In this document: one piece after another, positions 1-10,209 of the stretch
How positions within the stretch are numbered: the first letter of the stretch is position 1
Layout: each line of letters starts with the position of its first letter
Assembly: GCA_044360195.1 (NCBI GenBank)
Contig: JBIKKT010000015.1
Span: 429 to 64,428, forward strand
Source of the DNA: Bdellovibrionota bacterium
Lineage (GTDB): Bacteria; Bdellovibrionota_C; UBA2361; OMII01
Direction: 5' to 3'
DNA length: 64,000 nt
The notes under the pieces: generated by a model
Seen by the model: only the letters and a program-made list of their open reading frames with translations
Databases searched by the model: none
Told to the model about the DNA's origin: nothing
Made by a program: the position numbers and the translations under genes

Positions 1-1
1 C

Positions 2-1192
2 CGTTCTCACACGGCCGCCTATGCCCAGATCTCTTTCCAAACCGGCTACCTCAAGGCGCACTACGGTGTTGAGTTCATGGCGGCGCTTATGACGCACGAC
101 ATGGAGGATAGTGACAAGACCTTCAAGAATTTTAATGAGTGCCGGAAGCAGGGCATCAAGGTTCTCCCACCCAACGTCAATGAAAGCCGCGCCGGATTCG
201 CTGTGCGTGGGCCAAAGATCCTCTTCGGTATGGAGGCCGTGAAGGGTACTGGTGGTAAGGCGGTTGAGGCGATTCTAAAAGCGCGTGAGCAGGGCGAGTT
301 CGTTGACCTTGATGATTTCGTTTCTCGTGTTGATCTCTCGGCTGTGAACCGACGTGTGGTAGAGAATCTGGTGAAGAGCGGTGGCTTTGATTTTTCTAAG
401 GCTCCACGCCGCGCTATGTTCGATCGAATCGAAGACCTGCTGCGGGTGTTCTCTTCTCAGAAGAGTGTTGATCCAAATCAATTTTCGCTTTTCGGTGCTG
501 AAACCTCGCGTCCAGTTGTGCCAAAAAGGGCCGTTTCTGTGCCCGAATGGCCCGTCAATCAGAAGTTAGCGTACGAACGCGAGGCGTTAGGGTTCTACAT
601 CTCGGGACATCCGCTCGAGAAATTCAAGGGAGACCTTAAGCGCCTCGGTGCTCTCACCACCGCAGACGTTAAGATTCAGCGAATCAAAGAGGTGCGTGTC
701 GGTGGCGTAATCACTGCGCTCAAGTTAAAGAACACCAAAAAGGGCGACCGGTACGCTACCTTTGCGCTTGAGGATTGGCTTGGAACGGTTGATTCGATTG
801 TGTGGCCAGATACCTATCGTCAGGTACAGAACGTAATTGTTGCTGATGATCCAGTGCTTATATCTGGGCGCGCAGATGTAACGGATGAGCGCTGTGCCCT
901 GATAGTGGAAAAAATTGAATCGCTGATTCAGCTTCGTGATCGTAGTGCCACGCAAGGAGTGCTTGTATTAACCGGCCGGGACGATTTTGAGGGTCACCTA
1001 CCGCGGGTGCAATCCATTTTTCAGAAGCATACCGGTAATTGTCCCGTCAAGGTTCGTTTGGCACTGGATAGTGGTGATATCTCGGTTGTTTTACGTGATG
1101 CACGGAATGCACCGGTGTGCGTTAATCCATCTGAAGCGCTGTGCGAGGAGGTAGAGCAGCTCTTCGGACGACCGGTGCTAATGTTTACGTAA
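2..1192 (+). CDS. dnaE: DNA polymerase III alpha subunit, C-terminal part (5' truncated by window edge)
   Basis: Frame is open from base 2 (RSHTAAYAQISFQTGYLKAHY). Contains PPNVNES, an HhH region (VNRRVVENLVKSGGFD), EREALGFYISGHPL and an OB-fold (TKKGDRYATFALED). Confidence 0.97.
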   Translation, partial: RSHTAAYAQISFQTGYLKAHYGVEFMAALMTHDMEDSDKTFKNFNECRKQGIKVLPPNVNESRAGFAVRGPKILFGMEAVKGTGGKAVEAILKAREQGEFVDLDDFVSRVDLSAVNRRVVENLVKSGGFDFSKAPRRAMFDRIEDLLRVFSSQKSVDPNQFSLFGAETSRPVVPKRAVSVPEWPVNQKLAYEREALGFYISGHPLEKFKGDLKRLGALTTADVKIQRIKEVRVGGVITALKLKNTKKGDRYATFALEDWLGTVDSIVWPDTYRQVQNVIVADDPVLISGRADVTDERCALIVEKIESLIQLRDRSATQGVLVLTGRDDFEGHLPRVQSIFQKHTGNCPVKVRLALDSGDISVVLRDARNAPVCVNPSEALCEEVEQLFGRPVLMFT

Positions 1193-1193
1193 G

Positions 1194-2279
1194 GTGAATA
1201 TGATCGCAAAAGAGAGTGCACTACCCCCGCTGTGGGTGACAACAACCTCGCTCTTCGTTGGGGCGCTCTGGCTTGCAGCGCAGCTTAAAGAGCTCGTGGT
1301 ACTCCTCGTGCTTGGGTACTTTCTAGCTTATGCAATAGATCCCCTGTTGCGGAAACTTGAGAGGCAAGGCCTTAGTCGCGCGATATCCTTCTTTGTAGTC
1401 TTAGGGGCCTTTGTTGGGCTGATTGCGGTATTGCTTGTGACCGCAGTTCCGTCGTTAATCGATGAGTTTCGAAAGCTTACAGAGAATCTTCAGAATTATA
1501 TTACAATCGGTCGCGAGCGGCTCGGCCCGGTTCTTCGCTACCTTCAGAATGTACTTCCTGAGGGGATGAAAGAGAGCACGTCTATTTCAGAGCTGCTCTC
1601 CGGATTACCGCTCCTGCTGTCAGATGTAAGCGGCGACACGATTAAGAAGATCGTAAGCACCGCTGGTTCGACTCTTCTAACGGGTTATTCGCAGATCCTT
1701 ACCCTAATTAATATCGCGCTCTTGCCCTTTATTGTGTACTACCTCGCAGTTGATATGCCGGTTCTACACCGTTGTATCCTTAATCTGTTTCCAATAACTC
1801 GTAGGACGCGGGTTGCAAAGGTCTGCGGGGAGATCGACGGGTACGTTTCGGCGTTTGTGCGCGGTCAATTTATCGTATGTACTGTGCTTTTTGTGCTGTA
1901 CTCACTCGGTCTGTGGGTGGTTGGGGTTGACCTGTGGCTCCTTCTTGCTGCGATAACTGGATTTGGCAACCTGATACCATACGCGGGTTTTCTGGTGGGT
2001 ATCATTCTAAGTTCCCTTATGGCCTTGGTAACCTTTGGAGACCTTACGCACGTTGTGTATGTCTGGATAGTTTTTGCAGTGGTTCAGGCTATCGAGGGAA
2101 TGGTTGTTACACCGCGCATCCTAGGTGGGTCCCTTGGTCTTTCGCCCCTCGTTATTATCCTGGCGCTTTTTGCAGGCGGACAGCTCTTTGGCCTGCTTGG
2201 GATATTTTTAGCAGTTCCAGCTGCAGCGGCGATCCGCGTTTTAGCGCGTCACAGCTATCAGGTCGTAATGGAGCGCTAA
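1194..2279 (+). CDS. AI-2E (PerM/UPF0118) family membrane transporter
   Basis: Multiple TM segments with family motifs LAYAIDPL, FVRGQ, IPYAG, QAIEG..VTPRILG, GLSP and GLLGIFLAVP. Confidence 0.92.
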   Translation: MNMIAKESALPPLWVTTTSLFVGALWLAAQLKELVVLLVLGYFLAYAIDPLLRKLERQGLSRAISFFVVLGAFVGLIAVLLVTAVPSLIDEFRKLTENLQNYITIGRERLGPVLRYLQNVLPEGMKESTSISELLSGLPLLLSDVSGDTIKKIVSTAGSTLLTGYSQILTLINIALLPFIVYYLAVDMPVLHRCILNLFPITRRTRVAKVCGEIDGYVSAFVRGQFIVCTVLFVLYSLGLWVVGVDLWLLLAAITGFGNLIPYAGFLVGIILSSLMALVTFGDLTHVVYVWIVFAVVQAIEGMVVTPRILGGSLGLSPLVIILALFAGGQLFGLLGIFLAVPAAAAIRVLARHSYQVVMER

Positions 2280-3158
2280 ATGTCTCTTATTATAAACCCT
2301 CTGGTTCGTAAAATCGTTGCTCTTGCCCTGGAAGAGGACCTCTCTGCTGGCGATGTAACGGCCAGTCTGACTGTTCCTTGTGGCGATCGCTCGCATGCGC
2401 GGATCCTCGCCCGCGAGGAGCTTGTGGTATGTGGGCTCGATATTGTTTCGGTCATCATCGAAGAAGGGCGCTTTGATGCCGTTTTTAGTCGGCGGATGGA
2501 GGAGGGGAGTATCGCAGCGGCTGATGATATCCTTGCAGTAGTGGAGGGCTCCTCGCGCGACCTTCTTGCGCTTGAACGTACAGCGCTTAATTTCTTGCAG
2601 AGGATATCGGGTGTTGCCACCTTCACTCATCGGTTTGTGTCATCCGCAGCGAGTACTCTTTCGGTACTAGACACGCGCAAAACGATGCCCGGCTTTAGGA
2701 CGCTGGATAAGTACGCAACCCGCATAGGTGGTGCGCGCAACCACCGCGGGTCATTGGGCGACATGGTTCTGGTTAAGAATAATCACATCGATGCGCATCC
2801 CCAGGGCATGCGCGGGGCTCTGGCAGATATAGTGAAGAAAAAGCCCCTATATATGCCGTGGGAGGTCGAAGTGCGCGATCTCGAGGAGTTGCGGATTGCG
2901 CTTGAGTTTAAACCGAGTGTTGTAATGCTAGATAATTTCCCTGACGAGCGTGTGAGAGAAGCCGTAGCGGTGGTCACTGAAGCGTTCATAGCTTCGCCCT
3001 CAGAGCGTCCTCTGGTTGAGGTTTCAGGTGGAGTCACATCAGCTCGTCTCAGTTTTATCTCAACCCTTGGCGTTGATGCCGCTTCTGCAGGCGCCCTCAC
3101 AACCCAGGCGCCCAATGTTGATATCTCGATGAGGACCTCTCGAATTGCTGCCTGCTAG
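2280..3158 (+). CDS. nadC: Nicotinate-nucleotide pyrophosphorylase (quinolinate phosphoribosyltransferase)
   Basis: ALEED..GDVT, ERTALNFLQRISGVAT, DTRKTMPG, NHR, EVEV, MLDNF, EVSGG. Confidence 0.97.
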   Translation: MSLIINPLVRKIVALALEEDLSAGDVTASLTVPCGDRSHARILAREELVVCGLDIVSVIIEEGRFDAVFSRRMEEGSIAAADDILAVVEGSSRDLLALERTALNFLQRISGVATFTHRFVSSAASTLSVLDTRKTMPGFRTLDKYATRIGGARNHRGSLGDMVLVKNNHIDAHPQGMRGALADIVKKKPLYMPWEVEVRDLEELRIALEFKPSVVMLDNFPDERVREAVAVVTEAFIASPSERPLVEVSGGVTSARLSFISTLGVDAASAGALTTQAPNVDISMRTSRIAAC

Positions 3159-3933
3159 TGACCTGCAACTTCCTGGTTACGCGTTTTCGTCGTTGTACGA
3201 TGAGGTATCATCAACGATGGACGTTGCTCGCGAAAGGGTAAGTGATGTGTGCGAGGGGGAAGGGGATACGTGTGCTGGACTTGTGGTTGCTCGCAGCCAA
3301 ACCGCTGGACGCGGCAGGCAAGGGCGATCGTGGGTTTCACAGGAGGGGGCCTTTATGGGGACCTTTCTCTTCGCAACCAGCCTCCCGGTTGCTCACCTTT
3401 CTGGATATTCCCTTGCTGTCGGTGTTGGTGTGGCGCATGCGCTGCGAGAGTTTGGCGCTGCTGTGGCTCTAAAGTGGCCTAACGACATCGTAGTCAACAA
3501 AGCACAAGCGATCCAAAAAGTAGGGGGTGTGCTGATAGAGGTACAAGAGCTTTCTGGTAAGCGTGTTCTGCTTGTAGGGCTTGGATTAAATCTTTCCTGC
3601 GCCCCAGCGGATGTTGCTCACTCAACTGCACTTGCAGCTCTCGTTGCTACCGACCGAGTGCCGTCTTTCGTCGGAGTCACCCACAGTTTGGCTCGGCATT
3701 TACTCGATGTTCATCGTGAGTTTTCGAAGGGGGCTGGATTTGGTGCGTTTCAGAGTCGCTGGGATGCTCTTTCGTGCTACGAGAGCGGGCAAACTCAGCT
3801 TTCAATAGAGGTTACGCCACACAGTACAGTCAGTGGTACCTATGCTGGAATTCACGCCAGTGGTGCTCTTGTCATCATCGTAGCTGGAGAGGAGCGACTT
3901 ATTCACTCAGGTCACGTAGTGGCTAGCTCTTAG
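3145..3933 (+). CDS. birA: Biotin-[acetyl-CoA-carboxylase] ligase (no N-terminal HTH)
   Basis: [42 protein letters not shown] start overlaps nadC. Confidence 0.93.
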   Translation: MLPASDLQLPGYAFSSLYDEVSSTMDVARERVSDVCEGEGDTCAGLVVARSQTAGRGRQGRSWVSQEGAFMGTFLFATSLPVAHLSGYSLAVGVGVAHALREFGAAVALKWPNDIVVNKAQAIQKVGGVLIEVQELSGKRVLLVGLGLNLSCAPADVAHSTALAALVATDRVPSFVGVTHSLARHLLDVHREFSKGAGFGAFQSRWDALSCYESGQTQLSIEVTPHSTVSGTYAGIHASGALVIIVAGEERLIHSGHVVASS

Positions 3934-4969
3934 CTTTTCGCCCGGCACTGAGGCGCCGTATAGCGACCTGCATCCTGCGCCACGTTGTAGCCCTTTCAGC
4001 CGGAAAGCCCAAATAATCGCCCGGTGTGGTGATATCTCGAGTAACTCCAGAGCGACCGCCGACGCGCGCGTTCGAGCAGATGCTCAAATGATCGGCGATA
4101 CCTGAGCCTCCTGCCAACACCACGTTGTCTCCGATCGTCGTGCTTCCCGCGATACCAACCTGGCCACAGATTATACAGAACTTTCCGATGGTGGCGTTGT
4201 GTCCAATCTGAACAAGGTTGTCGATCTTTGTGTTGTCCCCGATCGTGGTAGAGCCGAAGGCTCCCCGGTCGATGCAAGTATTGGCTCCAATTTCTACGTT
4301 CTTGCCGATAGTCACGATTCCAACCTGGGGAACCTTTCTCAGGCCAACCTTTGGGTCGGGTATGTACCCGAATCCATCGGCACCGATGACTGAATTGTTG
4401 TGGATGGTTGAATTTTCCCCGATCACGCACTCCTCGCGGACGGATACCCCACAATGGAGCGTTACATTTTTACCGACCTGAGCCGCGCGATAGAGGTGAA
4501 CCCCTGGGTGCAGTATAGCGTTATCACCGACCACTACATCCGGCCCGATTGAGCAGTGCGCCCCGATGGCAACATTAGACCCAATCTGAGCGCTCGGATC
4601 TATTGTGGCTGAGGGGTGTATAGCGCGGGGGTGCTCGTGGGGTGGATAAAACACCGGCAACAGATTAAGGAAGGCCCTATACGGGTCGTCTACTAGGATT
4701 AGTGCGGATTCGCTTGGGACCATCTCGGGAGAAGCAAGCTCCCGAGGGACAAGTATTGCCTGAGCAGTGCATCCCTGTATGGCCTGGGCAAGGTGGCTCT
4801 GAGATGTAGTTCGAACGAAGGTCAGAGAGTTCGGCATAGGCTTCTCAAGTGCCGTCACGGCGCTGATGGAGAGCAGAGGGTCTCCTAGTACCGACCCAGA
4901 GATCTTCTCTGCTAGCGAGCTAGCCTTAACGGCAACGGTAACGGTGATGGCGGTGGGACCAGATTTCAT
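3923..4969 (-). CDS. lpxD: UDP-3-O-(3-hydroxyacyl)glucosamine N-acyltransferase
   Basis: Hexapeptide repeats, [32 protein letters not shown]. Confidence 0.97.
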   Translation of the reverse strand: MKSGPTAITVTVAVKASSLAEKISGSVLGDPLLSISAVTALEKPMPNSLTFVRTTSQSHLAQAIQGCTAQAILVPRELASPEMVPSESALILVDDPYRAFLNLLPVFYPPHEHPRAIHPSATIDPSAQIGSNVAIGAHCSIGPDVVVGDNAILHPGVHLYRAAQVGKNVTLHCGVSVREECVIGENSTIHNNSVIGADGFGYIPDPKVGLRKVPQVGIVTIGKNVEIGANTCIDRGAFGSTTIGDNTKIDNLVQIGHNATIGKFCIICGQVGIAGSTTIGDNVVLAGGSGIADHLSICSNARVGGRSGVTRDITTPGDYLGFPAERATTWRRMQVAIRRLSAGRKAKS

Positions 4970-5070
4970 AGGCGCAAAGCGTAACGTGAGTATTCGGTTG
5001 TCTTTAACGATTCGTAACAGCTTACCGCGGCGGATGAAAGGGTTTGGGTTGTGTGATGGGGTGAGTGAGT

Positions 5071-5108
5071 AAATAAAAATGGCACCTACTTGTTTCCAAG
5101 TAGGTGCC
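5071..5108 (-). terminator. Intrinsic terminator (minus strand)
   Basis: Perfect 12-bp stem GGCACCTACTTG (5081-5092)/CAAGTAGGTGCC (5097-5108). On the minus strand the loop is GAAA and the stem is followed by ATTTTTATTT. Confidence 0.85.
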
Positions 5109-5209
5109 CCAGGTTCGGTCGACGTTACCGTCCTAAAAATCAGCCTTTCGGGAAGCTAAGTACATGGGGAGGGATTTGAAGGCTTTTTCCCAGAACATGT
5201 AACGTCCTA
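5071..5209 (-). ncRNA. Candidate ~135-nt small RNA or lpxD leader/attenuator
   Basis: Lies between a sigma70-like promoter and an intrinsic terminator, with no ORF. Internal pairings GACGTTAC/GTAACGTC (5121-5128/5199-5206), TACATG/CATGTA and a TTAGCTT/AGGCTGA hairpin. Confidence 0.5.
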
Positions 5210-5214
5210 TACCC

Positions 5215-5243
5215 ATCATGCTGTAAGACGACGTTTGCGTCAA
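5215..5243 (-). promoter_or_regulatory. Sigma70-type promoter TTGACG-N17-CATGAT
   Basis: Minus strand -35 TTGACG (5238-5243), 17-nt spacer, -10 CATGAT (5215-5220), AT-rich upstream. Confidence 0.6.
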
Positions 5244-5254
5244 TAAAACAATTT

Positions 5255-6364
5255 TTATTTTTGTGAAATATCTCTCTTGTCGATGAAGAGTCCGCTCTTT
5301 GTTTTGTAACTTGTTGGTTCTGCCATTTTTCTCTCGACTACGAGATTTGCTGAGTCGTCGTACGAGCTAGCTGGTAGGTGCCACAACCACTGCGAGCCGT
5401 TGCGACGGATTAGCGCAATCAGGCTGTAGAGCGATTCCAATTGAGCGGGTAGAGGTTGCGATTCGGAAGGGGGAATAAGTTTTGGAAAGGCAGAGCGCGC
5501 CTGGGGGTCGTTCGGTGCGCACGAGCCGCGTAGTAGAGTTCGAATCCAATGGTGCGCTGCTCTCCAGCGGATGAGGCGGTCGTTCTGCTGAGCGACATCG
5601 TACCGGAGGTCCCCTGTTCCAAGAGCGCTTCCTATGGCTGCTTCGGGGCCAAAACCTAGCTGCTGTAGCAGCGCGCTTCCGACCTGATAGGGCTCGCAGC
5701 CAAACGTTACGAGAGCTGAGCGCCGTGTATCAACACCCTGCGTTGATGCGTGCCATTCTGCATATTCGCGCGGATATTTTGCTAGTAAGACAGCCAGGCC
5801 TGCGCAGCGCGCAAAGCCCATTAACATCCCGCCTTCGCCGCCCAACCCATCGGCCTGCGCGCCGAATTGAAAGCCGACTTCTATCTCGGTCATCATCTCT
5901 TTAAAGAGCGGTGTCCAGAGCGCTTGTGGTGGTTTGAGCAGTAGAAGCTGATAGCAGGTGAAATTGATTGCAGCCACGGTAGCCGCCATCCTAACCCCGA
6001 GGCGATCGATTGCTTGCGTAATCTCCTTGATGGTTACCTTTTCGGCATTTGCTTGCATGTCTGCAGCACGCAAGAGACAGCGGGAGTTCCATCCAGTGAA
6101 ACCTGCGTGATGGATAAAGTCGTGTGTGGTAAAGATACCGTTCCATGAATTTCTAACGAGAGTCTGCAAAACCGGCGGGACCGTGAGAGTAGAAGAAGCT
6201 GCCTCGACCGCAGTAATCCAGGTGTAATCGTGCTCAAGAGGAAATGGCTGGTGCTTGCTACCCGGGAACGGAATCGAGCTGCGAGGGGTGCTGCTCTCCG
6301 TGCTTGCAACTTTATCAGTTGTTGAGTCCGAGTCTTGGGGAGCAGCGGGTGTCATAGAGCGCAC
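5255..6364 (-). CDS. HDOD-domain signalling protein (degenerate)
   Basis: HDOD-like segments IKEITQAIDRLG, GFARCAGLAVL and FGCEPYQVGSALLQQLGF. The canonical H-D is not evident. Confidence 0.6.
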   Translation of the reverse strand: MRSMTPAAPQDSDSTTDKVASTESSTPRSSIPFPGSKHQPFPLEHDYTWITAVEAASSTLTVPPVLQTLVRNSWNGIFTTHDFIHHAGFTGWNSRCLLRAADMQANAEKVTIKEITQAIDRLGVRMAATVAAINFTCYQLLLLKPPQALWTPLFKEMMTEIEVGFQFGAQADGLGGEGGMLMGFARCAGLAVLLAKYPREYAEWHASTQGVDTRRSALVTFGCEPYQVGSALLQQLGFGPEAAIGSALGTGDLRYDVAQQNDRLIRWRAAHHWIRTLLRGSCAPNDPQARSAFPKLIPPSESQPLPAQLESLYSLIALIRRNGSQWLWHLPASSYDDSANLVVERKMAEPTSYKTKSGLFIDKRDISQK

Positions 6365-6423
6365 CTATCGATTGGTAGCCGTTAGTGAAGGATAGCGACT
6401 GATTTTAAAAGAGCCTTAACAGA

Positions 6424-7224
6424 CTAGCGCGTAGTGCTTGTTTGATCTAGCTGCTTCTCTGTAATCGTTTGATGCGCTTCAACATTCGTCCGAGACGGTG
6501 ATGCAAGATAGGCTATTGCTACGCTGATCACGTACAGCACAATAAGAGGACCCGCCATAAGGAACTGCGTGATAACATCAGGTGGGGTAAGCACTGCTGC
6601 AGTAATAAATATTACGACGATTGCGTGTTTAAAATATCTCAGTAAAAAGAGGTGGTCGATCACCCCCATTCGGGTCAGGAAAAGTGTCAGCAGAGGAAGC
6701 TCAAAAACTAGCCCAAAAGCGACAAGAAGCGTTATCGTCATCGAGAGGTGGTCGGCGAGCTTGATAGTGGGTGAGATGTTAATTGAGGCAAACTCGTTGA
6801 AGAAAAACGACAGCGTAACGGGCAAAACGGCGTCGTAACAAAACCACGCGCCGCCGCAGAAGAGAATTGAACTTAAAAGTACAAACGGGATAACGTAGCG
6901 CCGCTCACTCTCGTAGAGACCAGGGGCTATGAAGAGCCAGAGCTGATGGAAAAGAAGAGGTGATGTAAGGAGGCAGCCAGCAAAGATCGACACCTTCAGT
7001 TTAAGCACCCATGCCTCTGTCGGTGAGGTGCCGATAAGGGGACTATCGGCAAAGGCCTGGTAGTAGGGCGCACACAACACGAAGAAGATCTCAGTTGCGT
7101 AGTAATACGCCGCAAAGCCACCAAGGGTAACAAAGATGGCCGAAAAGAGAAGTCGCTTACGCAGCTCGCGCAGGTGATCCATGAGGCCCATGACGTTGTG
7201 TTCAGGAGTGTTACCGGACGTCAT
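6424..7224 (-). CDS. tatC: Twin-arginine translocase subunit TatC
   Basis: DHLRELRKRL, QLWLFIAPGLYESE, FGLVFELP, AAVLTPPD. Confidence 0.97.
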   Translation of the reverse strand: MTSGNTPEHNVMGLMDHLRELRKRLLFSAIFVTLGGFAAYYYATEIFFVLCAPYYQAFADSPLIGTSPTEAWVLKLKVSIFAGCLLTSPLLFHQLWLFIAPGLYESERRYVIPFVLLSSILFCGGAWFCYDAVLPVTLSFFFNEFASINISPTIKLADHLSMTITLLVAFGLVFELPLLTLFLTRMGVIDHLFLLRYFKHAIVVIFITAAVLTPPDVITQFLMAGPLIVLYVISVAIAYLASPSRTNVEAHQTITEKQLDQTSTTR

Positions 7225-7603
7225 CTGTGAGCTCTCCTACCGAAGCAGGCCCGAGCCCAGAGCGGTCTGGGGTGTCGCTCAAAGTAGGGTCTTGTGGTTT
7301 CTTGTCAGGGCTATCGGGTGCGCGCTCAGCTCTTTGCCGAGAGGTGGTACCAGCCGATCCTAGCGGGGGAGATAGCACCTCGGTTTTCAGGTCGCGGATG
7401 ATCCGACTCCCCGCCTTAATTTCGTCAGCCAGGTCTGGGGGGTAGACGGTGTTGTAGAATTCCCGCCGAAGGGCGTTTGAGCCCTTGCGCACCTCGCCAG
7501 TTATCTTTCCAAGCTGCCTAGCCAAGGCAGGAAGCTGCTCTGGTCCAAAGAGCAGGAGCGCTACGATGCCGATAACGATGATTTCTGAAAGATTTATGCC
7601 CAC
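7211..7603 (-). CDS. tatB: Twin-arginine translocase subunit TatB (TatA/B family)
   Basis: GINLSEIIVIGIVALLLFGPEQLP. Probable GTG start at 7603 (ORF track starts at 7666). Adjacent to tatC. Confidence 0.85.
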   Translation of the reverse strand: MGINLSEIIVIGIVALLLFGPEQLPALARQLGKITGEVRKGSNALRREFYNTVYPPDLADEIKAGSRIIRDLKTEVLSPPLGSAGTTSRQRAERAPDSPDKKPQDPTLSDTPDRSGLGPASVGELTDDVR

Positions 7604-7797
7604 AATGGTTCCCGTCCCGGTTATAGCCGATCTGGTGCCCCTAGGACCAGTCGCAGACGAGCACAAGTTGGTGGTATCTGTCAGAGACCCGTGAAGTCGG
7701 AAAAATTACCGGGCGCCGGCTGTCAAGTGCTGCGAAATCGATACCTATAGTGTATGGTCCCATGGGCCTACCGCCCAACCGTTTATTCTAGCGCACT

Positions 7798-9213
7798 ATG
7801 TACAACCCAGCACTTCACTTCCACTTTATCGGCATAGGGGGCTCGGGTATGTCGGGTCTCGCTGAGATACTCCTTTCTTCGGGGTTCCGCGTCTCTGGTT
7901 CTGACCTTAAGATGACTGAGGTGTGCCAACGGCTCGTTTCGTTGGGAGCCGAAGTTTCAGTCGGCCACCGAGCAGAGAACGTACCCTCCGCTGCCTCGCT
8001 TGTGGTGTACTCATCAGCGGTGACGCAGAGCAATCCTGAGATGCGCGAGGCAAAACGACGAAAGCTACCGGTGGTTAGGCGGGCTGAGGTGCTAGCTGAA
8101 TTGATGCGCATGAAGTACGGCGTCGGGGTGGCTGGCTCGCACGGCAAGACTACTACGACAAGCATGACCGCGGCGATCCTAGACGCTGCAAAATTTGACC
8201 CGACGGTTGTAATCGGTGGTCAGGTGAAGTCGCTTGGCACCGGAGGTCGTTTGGGTAAGGGGGAATTTCTCGTTGCAGAGACAGATGAAAGCGATCGTAG
8301 CTTTCTCCTCCTTAAGCCCACTATTGCGATCGTCACCAACATCGATGACGAGCACTTAAATGCGTACCGCTCCCGAAAAGATTTAGAGGATTCGTTTGTA
8401 AAATTCGTAGATTCAATCCCTTTTTACGGCCTTGCTGTTTTGTGTATCGATGACCCAACGGTTAAGCGTATGGCGCTCGATTGTCGTCGCAGGATTGTAA
8501 CGTATGGATTCTCGGTTGAAGCAGATCTCCGAGCGGTTAGTATCAAGGGTTCCCCGAGCGGCATGGAGTTCGGCGTAGTTTACCGTGGGGCGCAGCTCGG
8601 GACATTTATGCTTCCGATGCTAGGGCGCCATCTAGTGCAGAATTCGCTTGCTGCAATTGCTGTCGGGATAGAGTGCGGCATAACGGTTGAGGTAATCCGA
8701 GAGGCGCTAAGTTCTTTTGGTGGCGTCAAGCGGCGACTTGAGGTGGTGGGGCAATGTCGAGGGGTCACCGTCGTAAATGATTACGGGCACCATCCAACCG
8801 AGATTCGTGCCACTCTGAGGGCGCTGCGAGAGTGCCTTGCTTCGACCCTAAACAGGCTGATTGTTCTCTTTCAGCCGCACCGCTACACGCGTACCGAAGG
8901 GTGCTGGAACGAGCTCCTGACCTGTTTTAAGGATGCTGACGTGGTGATGTTTGCAGACATATATGCTGCAAGTGAGCAGCCCATTCCGGGCATAACCTCA
9001 GAGAATCTTTGTCGCGCTGTGGAGCACAGCCATAAGGCCTGTATCGGTGCGATTGAGGAGGGGCCGGCGATCCTCGTTTCACGCGCAGAGGCGGGGGATG
9101 TTATTGTAACGCTGGGCGCCGGTTCTGTGGGTCAGCTTCCAGAGAAAATACTTGCTGCGTTGGCTAGTGCTCCTCAAGGTGAGAGCAGCACTGCCCGTGC
9201 CGTAGGCGAATAG
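7798..9213 (+). CDS. murC: UDP-N-acetylmuramate--L-alanine ligase
   Basis: HFIGIGGSGMSG, AGSHGKTTTT, ETDESD, DYGHHPTE, FQPHRYTRT. Confidence 0.98.
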   Translation: MYNPALHFHFIGIGGSGMSGLAEILLSSGFRVSGSDLKMTEVCQRLVSLGAEVSVGHRAENVPSAASLVVYSSAVTQSNPEMREAKRRKLPVVRRAEVLAELMRMKYGVGVAGSHGKTTTTSMTAAILDAAKFDPTVVIGGQVKSLGTGGRLGKGEFLVAETDESDRSFLLLKPTIAIVTNIDDEHLNAYRSRKDLEDSFVKFVDSIPFYGLAVLCIDDPTVKRMALDCRRRIVTYGFSVEADLRAVSIKGSPSGMEFGVVYRGAQLGTFMLPMLGRHLVQNSLAAIAVGIECGITVEVIREALSSFGGVKRRLEVVGQCRGVTVVNDYGHHPTEIRATLRALRECLASTLNRLIVLFQPHRYTRTEGCWNELLTCFKDADVVMFADIYAASEQPIPGITSENLCRAVEHSHKACIGAIEEGPAILVSRAEAGDVIVTLGAGSVGQLPEKILAALASAPQGESSTARAVGE

Positions 9214-9240
9214 GGATCCAGCAAGAGTGAAAGGGCGCTC

Positions 9241-10182
9241 ATGTCTCAAAGTGCAGTAGCGTACAACACGAACGTAGTAGATGGAGTCGTTCGGACCCTC
9301 CAGTCTGAGCTCTCAGCGGCTATTCGTCGCGGGGTGTTAGGAAGCGACCTATGCACCTTCGGAATCGGTGGAGCTTTAGATGCGCTTGTGACGGTAAACT
9401 CCCTCAAAGAGCTCTGCGTGGTAAGGCAGGTAGTCGGGCAGAGTGCCGTGCCCGCGCGAATCCTCGGTAACGGTAGTAACGTTCTGATCAGTGACGCCGG
9501 CGTGCCGGGCTTTGTTGTCAAGCTTTCAGGCGACCTGCGTAGAGTTAGCAATGTAGGTGAAGGGGCATTTGATGTTGGCGGAGCCGTTTCGCTCATGAGC
9601 TTAGCGCGTAAGCTCTCTACGGAGGGCTTCTCCGGTCTGGAGTTTGCAGCGGGAATTCCAGCAACCTGTGGTGGTGCGCTCTTTATGAATGCTGGCGCCC
9701 ACGGCGCCGAGCTTGGTGAAAGGGTGGTGTTCGTGGAAGGGGTTACTCCAAACGGCGAAGTGGTGCGGTTTTCCCGAGAAGAGCTTCCCTGGCGGTACCG
9801 TTCATCTGGGCTAGCTAGCGAGTTTTTTATAACCTCTGCTCGACTTAAGCTGGTGCCTGGTGATCGAGAAAAAATCAGCACCGCCTTAGCACACAACCTG
9901 GCTGAGAGAAGGATGAGGCAACCGCTAACGCTTCCTTCCGCAGGGTCCGTCTTTAAGAATCCCTCTCCTGAACTAGCCACAGGGAGGTTGTTGGAGCAGG
10001 CTGGGCTAAAGGGCGCTCGGGTTGGTGGTGCTGTTCTCTCGGAGCTGCACGCAAATTGGATAGTAAACCCTGAGCGTATGGCAACAGCAAGCGACGTGTG
10101 TCAACTTGTAACGTTATGCCAGGCGAAGGCCCAAGAATTCGGTGGTGTAGAGCTTCACCCTGAGATTCGGATGTGGTTGTGA
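9241..10182 (+). CDS. murB: UDP-N-acetylenolpyruvoylglucosamine reductase
   Basis: GNGSNVL, GLEFAAGIP, MNAGA, QP...PSAGSVFKNP, HANWIVN. Confidence 0.97.
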   Translation: MSQSAVAYNTNVVDGVVRTLQSELSAAIRRGVLGSDLCTFGIGGALDALVTVNSLKELCVVRQVVGQSAVPARILGNGSNVLISDAGVPGFVVKLSGDLRRVSNVGEGAFDVGGAVSLMSLARKLSTEGFSGLEFAAGIPATCGGALFMNAGAHGAELGERVVFVEGVTPNGEVVRFSREELPWRYRSSGLASEFFITSARLKLVPGDREKISTALAHNLAERRMRQPLTLPSAGSVFKNPSPELATGRLLEQAGLKGARVGGAVLSELHANWIVNPERMATASDVCQLVTLCQAKAQEFGGVELHPEIRMWL

Positions 10183-10209
10183 TAAAATCTTCCCCTCCCG
10201 CAATCTAAT

